Shown one piece after another: positions 24,847 through 38,150 of a stretch of 64,000 bases of DNA. This DNA is from Octopus vulgaris (lineage: Eukaryota). Position numbers and translations under genes: made by a program. Each line of letters begins with the position of its first letter. Position 1 is the stretch's first letter. The notes below the pieces were generated by a model, which ran no database searches, was not told the DNA's origin, and saw only the letters and a list, made by a program, of their open reading frames with translations. The stretch spans positions 62,868,001-62,932,000 of the forward strand of contig OX597830.1 of assembly GCA_951406725.2 (NCBI GenBank), in the 5' to 3' direction.

Positions 24847-25013
24847 ATGTAAATACCAACAGGATAGCCAGTCCGTTGGCATTGCCATTGTTAATCTTTA
24901 TATCCTACAATAAATGCGGACACCTTCTCCAAACCTTATTAAAAAAGACTCCTTAAACGAAAACAAACTCGTGTTGATCACTTAGTCACGCCTGGCTCTA
25001 TCGTTCGCGCTGC

Positions 25014-25023
25014 GTGACGTCAC
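25014..25023. promoter_or_regulatory. Palindromic CRE (GTGACGTCAC) in the CpG-containing region upstream of PDK exon 1A
   Basis: Perfect TGACGTCA at 25015-25022, ~180 bp upstream of the ATG, in unique sequence. Confidence 0.55.
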
Positions 25024-25201
25024 ACTGGTGCTCCATGGCTTCTCCGTTAGCCACATGCTTATTTATCTCAAGTCCGCGACACAATAACCATTTTTGTCTT
25101 TATATCCAGCAAATTTGACAAAGGTGTAGATAACATTACATCTCTGCCTTCGCCCCCATATTTCTGCGTCTTTTAAAGAATGTGTAAAACACACTTTGAA
25201 A

Positions 25202-25304
25202 ATGAGGTTTTCAAGACGTATTTTGCAACAATTCCGACAATACTTGGATCATTATTCCCAGTTCAACCCGTCCCCTCTTTCCATGAAACAGTTCATTGAC
25301 TTTG
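25202..25304 (+). CDS. PDK: Pyruvate dehydrogenase kinase, mitochondrial: first coding exon 1A
   Basis: MRFSRRILQQFRQYLDHYSQFNPSPLSMKQFIDF(G), near-identical to the vertebrate PDK motif YSRFSPSPLSMKQFLDFG. aaaATG context; donor TTTG|GTAAGT, phase 1, at the same position as vertebrate PDK intron 1. Confidence 0.93.
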
Positions 25305-25803
25305 GTAAGTACACCTAAACTCACTGCTTCACACGTACATATATAATTTATATATTTATCTTGATATGCAAATACACATAAGCATTCCCAGTATGCCTAC
25401 ACGTACGTACGTATGCAAAAGCTTCGCCCATAATTACAGCTTACTTAAACCGCTCACACGTACGCACAACTGCCCAGCCAGTCACCACCCCGTATACATT
25501 ATATTCTATATATATATATATTCTATTCTATATATATATAATTACACGTACACATACATACATGTCGTTTATATGCCTCTATAGCAAAATCAGGCGAGCT
25601 TCTACGTATACACAAGCCGCTCCGTTTTACACGCAACATACATACACATGCACATATTAAATCTAGCCACCCACACAGATACCCGATATCCATGTATGAC
25701 GGTAACAGCCATACATACGCTCTCATATCTGTCGTACGCATATATACACGCACGGATTTAGTCATAGATGGGCATTGTGTACACACACAGTCCTCAACGA
25801 TAA

Positions 25804-25840
<37 letters not shown>

Positions 25841-26690
25841 AACAAACACACACACATACACACACACACGCATACATACACACACACGCACATACACACA
25901 CATACATGCACGCACACACATACACACACACACGCACACGCACATTTCCAGCTACGTTCACATGTACACACACGCACTGATAATGTCTAAAGCGCTGCAT
26001 ACATTTACACGTTCGTGTGTTGCTACACTCAATCATGGATGTGTGTATACGCATATATTTATACCTGTATGGTTTCCATATTTATTTATGTACATAAACA
26101 TTTTGTTCTTTCTCTCTTTTCTTTTTGTTTTTCCTCGTATTTCGAACGAATGAAAACAGCCGCTTACTTTCGTTTTCATATATATAAGAAATTATATCTC
26201 TATATATAATATATTATAAACTTATTGTGCTTTTTCGGGTTTATGCCTTACCAATGATATATGTAGTATGTAAGTGCGTGTATGTTATGTGTTTGTATGT
26301 ATATGTGTGTGTGTAAATTGATGTATACATGTGTGTACGTGTATAGATAGTCATGTACTATGAAATATATACATATTGGATATTTTATCCGCTTTATACA
26401 TACACGTACGTACGTGTGTTTGTTTGTGTGTGTGTGTATCTTTGACTAAAATGAAATTCGAATGCGATTCCGCTGTAAAAATATGGTTGCCAACAAAATT
26501 ATTCCATCCCCAAAAATGCAAATTTATTTATTTGGCTGATTGGAAAGAAAGCCATTTAGCATTTCATGATCAGCACTGACTTCATTCGCAGAACGATTCT
26601 TTGATCTGCACCAACTTTTACCGTTTATTTGTTTTTTCTCTTCTGTATTATCCGTCTATTAATATAATCATCTATCTACTTTTCTGTCGC

Positions 26691-26728
<38 letters not shown>

Positions 26729-26789
26729 TTAACCTATTTGTCTATCACATTGAGCGCGTTTTTTCAACTCTGGAATACCTATGTATCTT

Positions 26790-27232
26790 TCAGACTGTCA
26801 ATCTATCTGTCTGTCTATCTTTCTGTCTATCTGTCTGTCTATCTTTCTGTCTGTCTATCTATCTGTCTATCTATCTGTCTGTCTATCTGTCTGTCTATCT
26901 TTCTGTCGATCTATCTGTCTATCTATCTGTCTGTCCATCTACCTATCTGTCTACCTATCTGTCTATCTATCTGTCTGTCTATCTTTCTGTCCATCTACCT
27001 ATCTGTCTATCTATCTGTCTATCTATCTGTCTGTCTATCTTTCTGTCGATCTATCTGTCTATCTATCTGTCTGTCCATCTACCTATCTGTCTACCTATCT
27101 GTCTATCTATCTGTCTGTCTATCTTTCTGTCCATCTACCTATCTGTCTATCTATCTGTCTATCTATCTGTCTGTCTATCTGTCGATCTATCTGTCTATCT
27201 ATCTATCTGTCTATCTTTCTGTCGACCTGTCT
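26790..27232. repeat. Compound (TCTA/TCTG)n array with higher-order periodicity
   Basis: Variant blocks such as atctttctgtc and ccatctacctatc recur. Confidence 0.9.
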
Positions 27233-27309
27233 AACCATCCGTCCCTACGCACGCACGTATGGACGTATCATGGACGGAGGAGACGCTTGTTAACTTGTTT
27301 AATATCGTT

Positions 27310-27906
27310 TGTAAAGTGTTTTTGCACCCTATAGCAATCATGACCGTATTGAGGTAGAAGAGGAGACGAATAAGCGCCTCAAAATCTCAGGCATCAAGTT
27401 TATTATTATTATTAGAGGTTAGAGAGGAGAGTGCTGTCTGATGGCAAGTTTTCTGAAAGGTGGGTGAATTGTGCAAGAAGGGCCAGTATGAATGGACCAA
27501 TTCTGAGGTTTCGCCTGTCATTGAAAAAAGGTATTATAAAAGGAGAAAGGGGCTCTCTACCCCGCTTTTGACCAGGCTCCTGTGGCTTTTATGGGTTTTT
27601 CCACTTAGTCTCTTTCGCTCTCATTACTTCAAAACTTACCGCAAGCCCATATGTAAAAAAATAAAAGTTTTTTACGGAAATCGACGGAAAGGTCTACTAC
27701 AAACGAAAGATTGCCGTTTCTTTTTTCGAAGCCTCCCTCTATTGGGAGTATTGTAAATTGTTGAATTTTTTCGTTGTTGTAAAGCTTGTTTACACGGACT
27801 TTTTGCTTTCGAAAAACGGACAAAACCTTTTGTAACCTTTCGTCCTGTTTTGTCCCTTTTATGTTTTCTAATCATGTTTGTCAGCCCTTTGTGGCCAATA
27901 AAAAGA

Positions 27907-27908
<2 letters not shown>
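27310..27908 (+). mobile_element. 3' end of a Tx1/L1-like LINE
   Basis: RLERRVLSDGKFSERWVNCAR-like C-terminus, then a UTR ending gccctttgtggccaataaaaagaa and (TTA)n. Confidence 0.5.
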
Positions 27909-27958
<50 letters not shown>

Positions 27959-28074
27959 GTTATTATAATTATATATATATATATTAGGTACTTTATATAT
28001 TATATATATATATATTATATATTATATATATTTTATATATATTATATATATATATATTTTTATATATTATAAAA

Positions 28075-28200
28075 TATATTACATATATATTATATAATAT
28101 ATACATATATATTATATAATATATACATATATATTATATAATATATACATATATATTATATAATACATACATATATATTATATAATATATACATATATAT
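28075..28200. repeat. 22-bp AT minisatellite (atatatacatatatattatata)n
   Basis: About five near-identical units. Confidence 0.85.
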
Positions 28201-28836
28201 ACATTATATGATTGATTGATTCTAGTTTCAGCTCATGAGCTGTGGCCATGCTGGGGCACCGCCATTTATATATATATTTTATTTATAGGTATATATATAT
28301 ATATATATATATATATTATGTATGTGTATTTATATACTTCCATATATTATGTACAACAATAACACCTGTAACAAAAACGGACAGTGATCTCTTTGGTGAA
28401 ATCAAGTCGTTAACCTTTGCTTTCTTTGTGTGTAAAGTTTCACTCGAAATTCCTCTTGATTCAATTTATGTTTACATGATTATTTACAGCACCACACACA
28501 CACACACACACACACATTCAGGGAGCAGGAGAGAAGGAGAGAGAGATGCACAATGCCCGTGTTATTTGTTATTTGTGTTGTTTGTTTGTCAACCAATAGA
28601 TATATCTGTTTATCACGCAATTGAATAGCTCGAATGAATGAATGAATACATATTATTATTATTATCATATATGCCCATCCTTATGTTTGTGTGTCGGGGA
28701 TGAGATGTGTCCGTGCGTGTGTTTGAGGAGAGGGGGGGACATTCAATCACAGCCGCCCGCTCTTTGTTAACGCGCTTGCGGTGGCCTCATTTGAACTCGT
28801 ACCGCCCGTTTGCACACGTTGTCAAATACCGAATTA

Positions 28837-29862
28837 ACACAAGTGCCCACCTCCACCCAGCGACTTTGTTGCTTCATAACTTCCATAAAAATGGATACTT
28901 TTTAATGAAATTCTCTACATTACCCTTCAGATAGTGTAGATTCCGATTATATCGGAATTTTTTGTAAAAAAGAAAAAAATTTGGCTGTGTGGTATGTAGC
29001 TTGCTTACCAACACCATGGTTCCGGGTTCATTCCCACTGCGTGGCACCTTGGGCAAGTGTCTTCTACAATAGCTTCGGGTCGACCAAAGCCTCGTGAATG
29101 GATTTGGTAGACAGAAACTGAAAGAAGCCCGTCGTATATATGTATGTGTGTGTATGTTTTTGTGTCTGTGTTTGTCCCCCCAACATCGCTTGACAACGGA
29201 TGCTGGTGTGTTTACGTCCCCGTATGGGCTTACAAAGAATAAGTCCTGGGGTCGATTTGCTCGACTAAAAGGCGGTACTCCAGCATGGCCGCAGTGAAAT
29301 GACTGAAACAAGTAAAAGAGTAAAGAGAGTGGGGAGAGGAGTTTTGGAGAATTCACACGAGTTAGCTTCGTTTCTTAATAACTTTCAGAAAAATTGATAA
29401 TTTGTAATGAAATTTTCAACAAGTATCTTCCAGGTTGTATAGATTACTATAATATCGGAATTTTATATGAAACAAAATCAGTGGACTTGTACACATACAT
29501 AATGGCACATATCTACAAAATGAAACTTGAAATTTCGGAAAAATTTTTTGATGTGTGTCAGTATGTATTTGTACGTTTTCACTTAAATTCTTATATAATT
29601 GTAATCTACACACTCTGAAAGGTGTTTGTAGCAGATTTCATCAAAAAAGTACTCATTTTTCTGAAAGTTATCGGGAAACAAACCGACTCGTGTGAATTTT
29701 CCGAAACTCCTCTTCCCCCACCTGCGGACTATTTTATTTCACTACAAATTCCGATATAATCGAAATTTTTACCACCTGAAGCGTATTTTGTAGAAAAATT
29801 CATTAAAAGATGTTTATTTTTCCAGAAGTTATGAGGAAACAAAGTCGGAGGCAAACTTGTGT
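28837..29862. mobile_element. Foldback-type non-autonomous DNA element with two nested inverted-repeat pairs, interrupted by a family A SINE (28982-29328)
   Basis: cgactttgttgcttcataacttc pairs with gaagttatgaggaaacaaagtcg; gtggggagaggagttttggagaattcacacgagt pairs with actcgtgtgaattttccgaaactcctcttccccca. Confidence 0.65.
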
Positions 29863-30232
29863 AGATATGCCCACAATTTGATTAATTTACACGGACACGA
29901 AATCACACTAAACAACACTTTCAAACTAAGAAAGGAGACTTAATGTAATGGATGTTGAGGTATTGGTGTTAGATACCCTTAAAAAGACAAAATGATCACG
30001 ATTGGAACACATTTTTGGTGGAAGGCTTAAGGATGACCTAGAATTAAATATCAAACATTTATATTAAGACGCTTTCCTCAGTGGCGAGCTGGCAGAATTA
30101 TTAATGCGCCGGACAAAATGTTTAATGGGTTTAGGTTCTGAGCTCAAATACCGCTGAAGTCGACTTTGCTTTTCGGGATCAATAAAATAAGTACCAGTTG
30201 AGCACTGGCGGGGTCGATGTATTCGATTAGAC

Positions 30233-30643
30233 GGATCTTTTCGGTTTGAACGGCAGTTTTTTTCTAGCGGTGTCATATGAAATTGTCACCCATAATTATG
30301 ACCCTAGTATCGATCTATTGTATTTCAATCTGTTTTAGGGTTAGGAGTGGGGGGGAAGGGTATCTTTTTTTCTTCAGAAATGTAAATAAACCGAATCTGT
30401 TTCTTAAACGAGGGACATATTCATACAGCACAGAATGTTTTTTAACTCAATGGACGTCATCGATTGGTTGAAATTGCAGAAATTTAAAATAAAAACCCAG
30501 CAAATATCTTACAAACTGTAGAATTTTCTCAATAAAGCCAAGAGAAAAAGATGTTTTAACACATTCTATCAGTATACGAAGTTTAAATTTTTTTAGTTAC
30601 CTAGAAATTATGTTAAAAACTGCCGTTCAAACCGAAAAGAACC
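30233..30643. mobile_element. Merlin-like MITE, inverted copy of 11524-11934, inserted in a family B SINE
   Basis: GGATCTTTTCGGTTTGAACGGCAG...CTGCCGTTCAAACCGAAAAGAACC, perfect TSD gattagac, internal ttagggttagg. Confidence 0.9.
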
Positions 30644-31042
30644 GATTAGACTCCTTTCACCAATATTTCAGGCCTTAGAAAGGAATCTCCCAGTAAACTT
30701 GTTGAATGGAGAATAAGAATTATAACATGGCCCTTTGCGTAGATGGGGGCCTTACTCTCACTCAGCTTTGCAGGTCTCATTTAGAAGAAAGGCACTTTTC
30801 ATTAGGTTTGTGATAGTTCTTCGCTTTGGGAATATTTGCACGCGATGATTACAACATTTTGTGAGATGATGATAATCGTGTGGCATGAGACAACCATTCG
30901 TCATTAGATTATAAATGACATACGTTTGCACGACACATATCAACTCTAAGCGTCTATAATTAAATATCAACCATACCATTCTACAAATTTACTCCGGAGC
31001 GACATAGTATTAACAATAATAATGTTTCTCACGCAAAAATAT

Positions 31043-31420
31043 TCTTTTCTACTCTAGGCACAAGGCCGACAGTTTTTGGGAGGTGGGGCAGTCTATTAGA
31101 TCGACCTCAGTACGCAACTGGTACTTAATTTATCGCCCGCGAAAGAATGAAAGGTAGAGTCGACCTCGGCGGAATTTGAACTCAGAATACCTATTTCTTT
31201 AATAACCCACAAGGGGCTAAACACAGAGGGGACAAAGACAGACAAACGGTTTAAGTCGATTACATCGACCCAGTGCGTAACTGGTACTTAATTTATCGAC
31301 CCCGAAATGATGAAAGGTAAAGTCGACCTCGGCAGAATTTGAACTCAGAACGTAATGCCAGACGAAATACGGCTACGCATTTCGCCCGGCGTGCTAACGT
31401 TTCTGCCAGCTCGCCGCCTT
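31043..31420 (-). mobile_element. Composite family B SINEs
   Basis: Reverse complement of the family B consensus with two tail variants. Confidence 0.75.
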
Positions 31421-31625
31421 TGCTGTACACAAAAATATTAACTACTAAATGATGTTGTTGGTTAGCCATTAATTAACTTTAAACGAGCTGACCTAGGATC
31501 AAAGGGTAAGAGAAAAATAAGCGGAAACGATTTCAGCTGCGGGTGTTTATACCGGAGGGGCTTCTCTTAAACGTTTCAAGTTAAGGTATACCCACATGCA
31601 AGGGTTGATTTTTGTAGTTTTTGAA

Positions 31626-31688
<63 letters not shown>

Positions 31689-31689
31689 A

Positions 31690-31938
31690 ATAAATGTTCC
31701 TTCTCGATCCATGCCAGGCTCATAAGGGCCAGTTTCCCGGTTTCAGTGGCGTAGAAATTCCCCACTTGGATGGGACACCGATCCGTCGCAGGATTACTTG
31801 TTTTTGCCAGCTGAGTGGACTGGAGCAACGTGAAAATGAAGTGTTTTGCCCAAGAACACAACGCATCGCCCGGTCCAGGAATCGAAACCACAACCTTACG
31901 ATCATGTGTTCAACACCCTAACCACTAAGCCACGCGCC
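31690..31938 (-). mobile_element. Family C SINE
   Basis: Reverse complement of ggcgcgtggcttagtggttagggtgttgaacacatgatcgtaagg...tttcgattcc. Confidence 0.75.
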
Positions 31939-34266
31939 TACACACACACACATTATTTTATTTGTTTCAGTCTTTGGATTGGACTGTGGGCATGCTGAAG
32001 TGCCGCCTTGAAGAAATCGACCTCAGTACTTATTTTCAAGCCTGGTCCTTATTCTATCGGTCTCTTTTGCTGAACCGCTAATTTATGAGGACGTAAACAC
32101 ACCAACACCTGTTGCCAAGCAGTGGTGGGGCACACACCCGGTAGTGTGTGTATGTATGTAGTTGTAAACTTGCCCCTGTAACGTCCCCTCTTCCCTCTGT
32201 TACCCTTGTAGCAACAATATTCGCCGAATACTTAGTGTTTGAGTTTGTTTGTGTCATACACTCCTGGTTTCTTAACACTCACTCCCACCCTTGTCCAATT
32301 CACTTTTGGTCTTTTAAAATTTCCGTAAAAAATAGTTTAGGCCTCATTGGTTCTAACAGTTACTGTTTTCTTAGTGACTGAATTAGAAGTTGTCAACTGC
32401 CTTGTTACGTTGGCGAAGTCGATTTTGCAGACTTTGGTGATCATTTGAAATGAAAGCATTGTTGGAGAGTGAAAAGGGTTCATTACTTCGCTTTTCTCAA
32501 CTCTTTTTTTATTTTAATTACCGAAAGTGAAAGTAGCTTGTTAATGTTTTCTTAAATTTACTTTATAGAGTTGTTTGGCAAAATCATTAAAGCATCAGCA
32601 AAATTGCTCTACGTTCTGAGTTCAAGTCCTGCGAAGTCAACATTGTCTTTTATCCTTCCTGGATCGATAAAAGTGTTCTGGGGTCGATATAATCAACTGT
32701 TCCCATCCCTCTGATTTTCTGGGCTAGGACCTATGTATATAAGAAACTATTATTAAATGCACATTATTTTTGCCGTCACCCAGACAAAATATATGATGTG
32801 TGCGCAGGGACGAAACTATTTTGTACACATTCGTTCAGTACTCGAGCACCATTGAGCTGTGGAGTTTTATTGTGGTTTTTAAGAAGGGTCCAGCGAGACG
32901 GGCTGAATCCATGGTGAATGTCGTTCCGTTGCTTTCTTTAGCCAGGAAAATCAGCCAGTTTTCTTCTGCCTGGCGATTCTGGAGAAAGCGGTTGTATGGC
33001 GGGCGTTATTCAGAAATGAGTATAGACATCTTCTTCTTCATCTAAGCCTTCCCGGTTTTTTGTCAAAGTACTACTGGAGAGGTGGGTAAGGATGGAGAGG
33101 GAGCTGCTGCCCTCATGTTGATTTGTTTGAAAGATGAGAGTGTAGAGTGTGACTCGAGTAAGTGTGCCTATTTTTAACATACGCTTGTCGGCTGGAGAAT
33201 GGGTGTGAGGGGAGAGTCCTTACCCATGTCAGTCTGGGAAATCCTGGATCTATGAGGGTTCCCAGGTTAGCTCTAAGTAGCTGTCTCCCTTATAAGAGTC
33301 CCTTTTTCTTTCTTTCTTGGTGATAACGTGAGAATGCTTAACGGTAATTCTTCAGCTCTTGACGTTCTAAGATCAAATTTTGACGAGGTTGACTTTTGAT
33401 GAAATAAGTACCAGTTAAATACTGGGGTCAAATTTCAGCGTTTGTGCCTAAAGTGGAAATGATTATTTGTTGTAGCTTTGGTAGACGGAAACGATGTTCG
33501 AGACCATCCTAGAAATTGTGTGTGCGTGTACGCATGAGTCAGTGTTTGTCCCTCTACCACTTGACACGTCCCTGGTTTGATTACATCCCTGTAACTTAGC
33601 AGTTCGGCAAAACAGACCGATAGAATAAGTAACAAACTAAAAAATTTTTTTTAAAAGGACTGCTGTTGATTCGTTCGACTTAAACCCTTCAAGGCCCCTG
33701 CATGGTCGCAGTATAATGACTGAGACGAGTAAAAGATAATGGATAAACGAATATATTCGAGATTACATTATTGAAAGGGTTATTTTTCGTCTTGAAGATC
33801 GTAGGGTGTTATTTTGAGTGGTTATTTAACTACTATTTCTAGTACGTCGAGCGCCTACGGAGAGAGAGATAGAGAGAGAGAGAAGGGGAGGGAGAGGGGC
33901 TTTAGTTACTTCGTTGACAGTTGCACCAAAAAACACGAACCTGCCTCCACCACACACACACTTTCCATGTTGCAACTCCTGGTTTCCTCTCCCTCTTCTA
34001 TTTCACATGAAACAATGGAAATTTCCGTTGCAAGAGTCGTTGAGACGATGAACGTAATAAAGTCCACAAGAAGAAAAAGAACAAGAAAATTGTAGGCAAA
34101 ATTTAAAGCAATAACAAATTCACAATTACTGCCGAGGAAAATGTCACCTTTAATTGAAATACCACGAATAAAATAGTTGAAGTTCTAAAAAATATGTTAT
34201 GTAATTTTGTTAAGTGACAACAAGATGTGACTTGTACGCAATGACTACACGGTTTATATAACATGT

Positions 34267-34449
34267 TTATTTCGTCCGCCGCTGCATTCTGAGTTCAAAT
34301 TCCGCCGAGGTCGACTTTGCCTTTCATCCTTTCGGGGTCGATAAATTAAGTACCAGTTACGCACTGGGGTCGATGTAATCGACTTAATCCGTTTGTCTGT
34401 CCTTGTTCGTCCCCTCTGTGTTTAGCCCCTTGTGGGCAATAAAGAAATA
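34267..34449 (+). mobile_element. 5'-truncated family B SINE with 16-bp TSD
   Basis: TSD ggtttatataacatgt at 34251-34266 and 34450-34465. Confidence 0.85.
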
Positions 34450-34507
34450 GGTTTATATAACATGTATGCGAGAACAAAGAAAAGAAGAAAAGAAAAAACT
34501 CGAGAAA

Positions 34508-34960
34508 GGCGCAGGCGTGGCTGTGTGTTAAGAAGTGTGGTTCCCAACTGTATGGTTCGGGGTTCAGTCCCATTGCGTGGCACCTTGGGCGCATTTCTTC
34601 TGCTACAGCCTCGGACGAACCAAAAGACTTGTTAGTAGTGGACTTGGTAGACGGAAACTGAAAAGAAGCTTGTCACATATATGCGCGCGCGCGTGTGTGT
34701 GTGTGTATGTGCCTTTGTATTTGCGTTTGCCCTCCAACAGACCGCTTGGCAACCAGTGTTGGTTTGTTTTCGTCCCTGTAACTTAGCGGTTCGGCAAAAG
34801 AACTGATAGAATAAGTTCCAGACTTACAAAAAGATTTAAAAAAAGAAAGAAAGAAAGACCCCCCCCCCCAAAAAAAAAAACTTCTGGGGTTGATTCATTC
34901 GACTAGGCGGTGCCCCAGCATGGCCGCAGTCCGATGACTGAATCAAGTAAAAGATAAAAG
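34508..34960 (+). mobile_element. Family A SINE
   Basis: ggcgcaggcgtggctgtgtg head through gactgaatcaagtaaaagataaaag tail. Confidence 0.8.
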
Positions 34961-35525
34961 AATTTTTTTTCTGCTCTAGGCACAAGGCCCGAAATCTTGG
35001 GCGGGAGCAGTCGATTCGATCGACCCCATTATGCAACTGGTACTTAATTTATCGACCCTGAAAGGGTGAAAGGCAAAGTCGACCTCGGCGGAATTTGAAC
35101 TCAGAACGTAAGCTAAGCATTTCGCCCGGCGTGCCAGTTTTTTTCTTTTTTTCCTGATTTCTGTTTTTCGAGGTCAACTTTGTTGTTCACCCCTGCGGTG
35201 GAAGGTCGGGTGGAATAAAATACCAGTCATGTACTAAGGCCGATGTAATCAGCTTAATCCCCATTCCGGCCAAAATTGCTGGCCTTGTGCTGAAATTTGA
35301 ACCCATTATCATGGTTGACCCAAAATATGAAGGCAGACAAAATGCCACTAAGCATTTCGCATGGCTGACGTGAATGTGGCGGCGAGCTGGTAGGATTCTT
35401 AGAGCGCGTCGGACAAAATGTTTAGCGGCATTTCGCATGGTTCTTTACTTTCTAAATTCGGTTCCTGCCGAAGTCGACTTTCGATTTCATCCTTTCGGGA
35501 TCGATAAAATTAAGTACCATTTGAG

Positions 35526-35619
35526 GGGTAAGGTAAACAATACGCAGACCACCCGTTTTCGGCGTTTAGGGTTAAGGTTACGCTGAAAACGGATGGTGTG
35601 CGTATTCTTTACCTCCGCC
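35526..35619. mobile_element. ~94-bp hairpin MITE with a telomeric-repeat loop, inserted in a family B SINE
   Basis: Arms aggtaaacaatacgcagaccacccgttttcggcgt / acgctgaaaacggatggtgtgcgtattctttacct, loop ttagggttaaggtt, direct repeat ccatttgag on both sides. Confidence 0.8.
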
Positions 35620-36037
35620 CCATTTGAGGTGGATTTAATCAGCTAACCGCCTCTTCTTAAAAGATTGCTGGCCTTGTGCCAAAATTTGAATCGATCATTG
35701 TGAAAGTGGCTCGTGCGCGTGTAGGCGAAATCCTGTATATGCATACATGTATGCATCTGTATCTAAGTATGTTTGTATGTATGTATAAGCAGGTGCTGTT
35801 TAGCCCCAGTTTAACCTTGATTGCTTGAGGACACCTATAACCAAAGGCATTTCAACCGTGACCATCCTGTCTTCATTCCCCGTGTGTATGTGTGTGAGGG
35901 TAAAAAGGGGGACCCCAAACCACATTATTTTATTTCTTTTTCTTCAGACTGCTTAGTGTTGTGATTTACGGGAGATTTGACTGTTATTTCTAGCTAGGTC
36001 TATTATTGACGAATGGGACCGCCTCACTGGCTTGCAG

Positions 36038-36068
<31 letters not shown>

Positions 36069-36438
36069 ACACATATGCATGCATACATGGCGCACTCTCT
36101 TGTTGACCACAGATATGGGTTCCGTAACTTCTTGTTGACAAACTGGACAGATGAATTGTTTATTGTGATCATATTGCTCAGTCTCTCCATCAAATCGACA
36201 TTGCCTATACAGGTAGGTGCGCTGTGTGCCACACGTCAGTTGTCGAAGTCATTGTAAGAGTAACAGATGGAGTGTTTGGCTCAAGAACACAACGTGCCGC
36301 TCGGCCCAGGAACTGAAACCACGATCCCCGGATTCTTTGTGCAACACGCTAACCATCCCCCCATATAACACACACACACACGCCTTAATCTTAATTTAAA
36401 CAACCGACTTGCTTTATGATAAGCACACATACACAATA

Positions 36439-36600
36439 TGCGCAGGAGTGGCTGTGTGGTAAGTAGCTTGCTAACCAACCACATGGTTCCGGGTTCAGTC
36501 CCACTGCGTGGCATCTTGGGCAAGTGTCTTCTGCTATAGCCCCGGGCCGACCAATGCCTTGTGAGTGGATTTGGTAGACGGAAACTGAAAGAAGCCTGTC

Positions 36601-36667
<67 letters not shown>

Positions 36668-36922
36668 CGTTTGTGTGTCTGTGTTTGTTCCCCTAGCATT
36701 GCTTGACAACCGATGCTGGTGTGTTTACGTCCCCGTCACTTAGCGGTTCGGCAAAAGAACCCAATAGAATAAGTAGTAGACTTACAAAAATAAGTCCAGG
36801 GGTTAAGTACTGGGCTTACAAAAAGAATAAGTCCCGGGGTCGATTTGCTCGACTAAAAGGCGGTGCTCCGGCATGGCCGCAGTCAAATGACTGAAACAAG
36901 TAAAAGAGTAAAGAGTAAAAGA
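36439..36922 (+). mobile_element. Family A SINE, young, with a short internal duplication
   Basis: Close to consensus from gcgcaggagtggctgtgtggtaag to gtaaaagagtaaagagtaaaagag. Confidence 0.85.
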
Positions 36923-36989
36923 GAATATGTAGTGCGTGCGTGTTTGGTTTGCCTGTATATTTATTATTGAGCAGCTATTTGTACCTATA

Positions 36990-37032
<43 letters not shown>

Positions 37033-37319
37033 ATCTCAGCCCATCTGCACTGTTAACAATATGAACACATGTTATCTCGTCCTGCTTTATATATTTCTCT
37101 CCTCCTCCTCCTGCCCCCCCAAAATGCGAGCGGTTTGTGGTGACGTAACCGATTCTCCCCGCTCCTTCCTCAGTCGACCGATATTCACCATCACCACCAC
37201 CACCACTACCACTGCCGCCGCCGTCGCCAGCGGCACCGTCACCTTCATCGTCATTCATTTATTCAGTCACGTCCACCATTACTGGTACTGCATAAACGAA
37301 CGAGAGGGAGCCGTTGCCT

Positions 37320-37570
37320 TACGTGGTCAACAGACCAAGCTGGAAATAACAGCCACATTTCCTTCAAATCAACATGCACCTTTTAAGAAAAGGACGCATT
37401 GGATTGTGTAATCTCGGGATTACGTTTTTATCCGATGTAATCCTCACACACAAACACATACCACACGCAGGTAAAAAATAAAAAAAAAAAAGCTAAATAA
37501 ACCTGGATTGTCACGGCTGGAATGCCATCGACCATAGGTCTGCTCAAGTAAGGTTGACCTTGGGCTAAAC
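37320..37570 (+). mobile_element. Ancient SINE-like repeat (gctagaaatagcagccaaat ... ggctggaatgcc ... ggggctaaacaac)
   Basis: Diverged copies also near 35790-36040(-), 43920-44150, 50850-51080(-), 57690-58080(-) and 61910-62095(+). Confidence 0.55.
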
Positions 37571-37652
37571 TACTACTACCACTACCACCTCCACCACCAT
37601 CACAATCAGCGCTACTACTGCTGCTGCTGCTGCTACTACTACTACTACTGCA

Positions 37653-37711
<59 letters not shown>

Positions 37712-38150
37712 ATCAATTACAACCAAATATTTGCATGTTTTTCCCCAAACAACAGCATTTACCACCATTGACATTCTTCCACCTTCGCCACCACCACCAC
37801 TACTACTACTACCTCTACATCCTTATTGCTTGTAACTACCACTGCCGCCACTATTATTGCAACTCATATCACTCTCGTCACAAGTGCACTTCTAGCTTGT
37901 AACAAATCACACCACTGCTATCACCACCACCACCACCACCACCACCTACTATCACTACTACCACTACTATAATTAATCACCTTTATTACTATCGCCATCG
38001 CTACAACCACCACTACAACTACAACTACCACTGCCTCTAGTTAACTTCTGTTAATACCATCACCATTGTCGTAGACATCATAACCATCACCACCACCACC
38101 ACCATGTGTGTAATCACCACTTCTCCATTATCACTTTCCTCACCACCAGG
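37568..38150. repeat. (ACT)n/(ACC)n low-complexity tract
   Basis: Direct reading. Confidence 0.9.

Noticed and set aside
32740-33320. GC-richer minus-strand segment resembling a LINE 5' UTR and ORF1
   Set aside because: Interrupted by stops, with no diagnostic motif I can name confidently.
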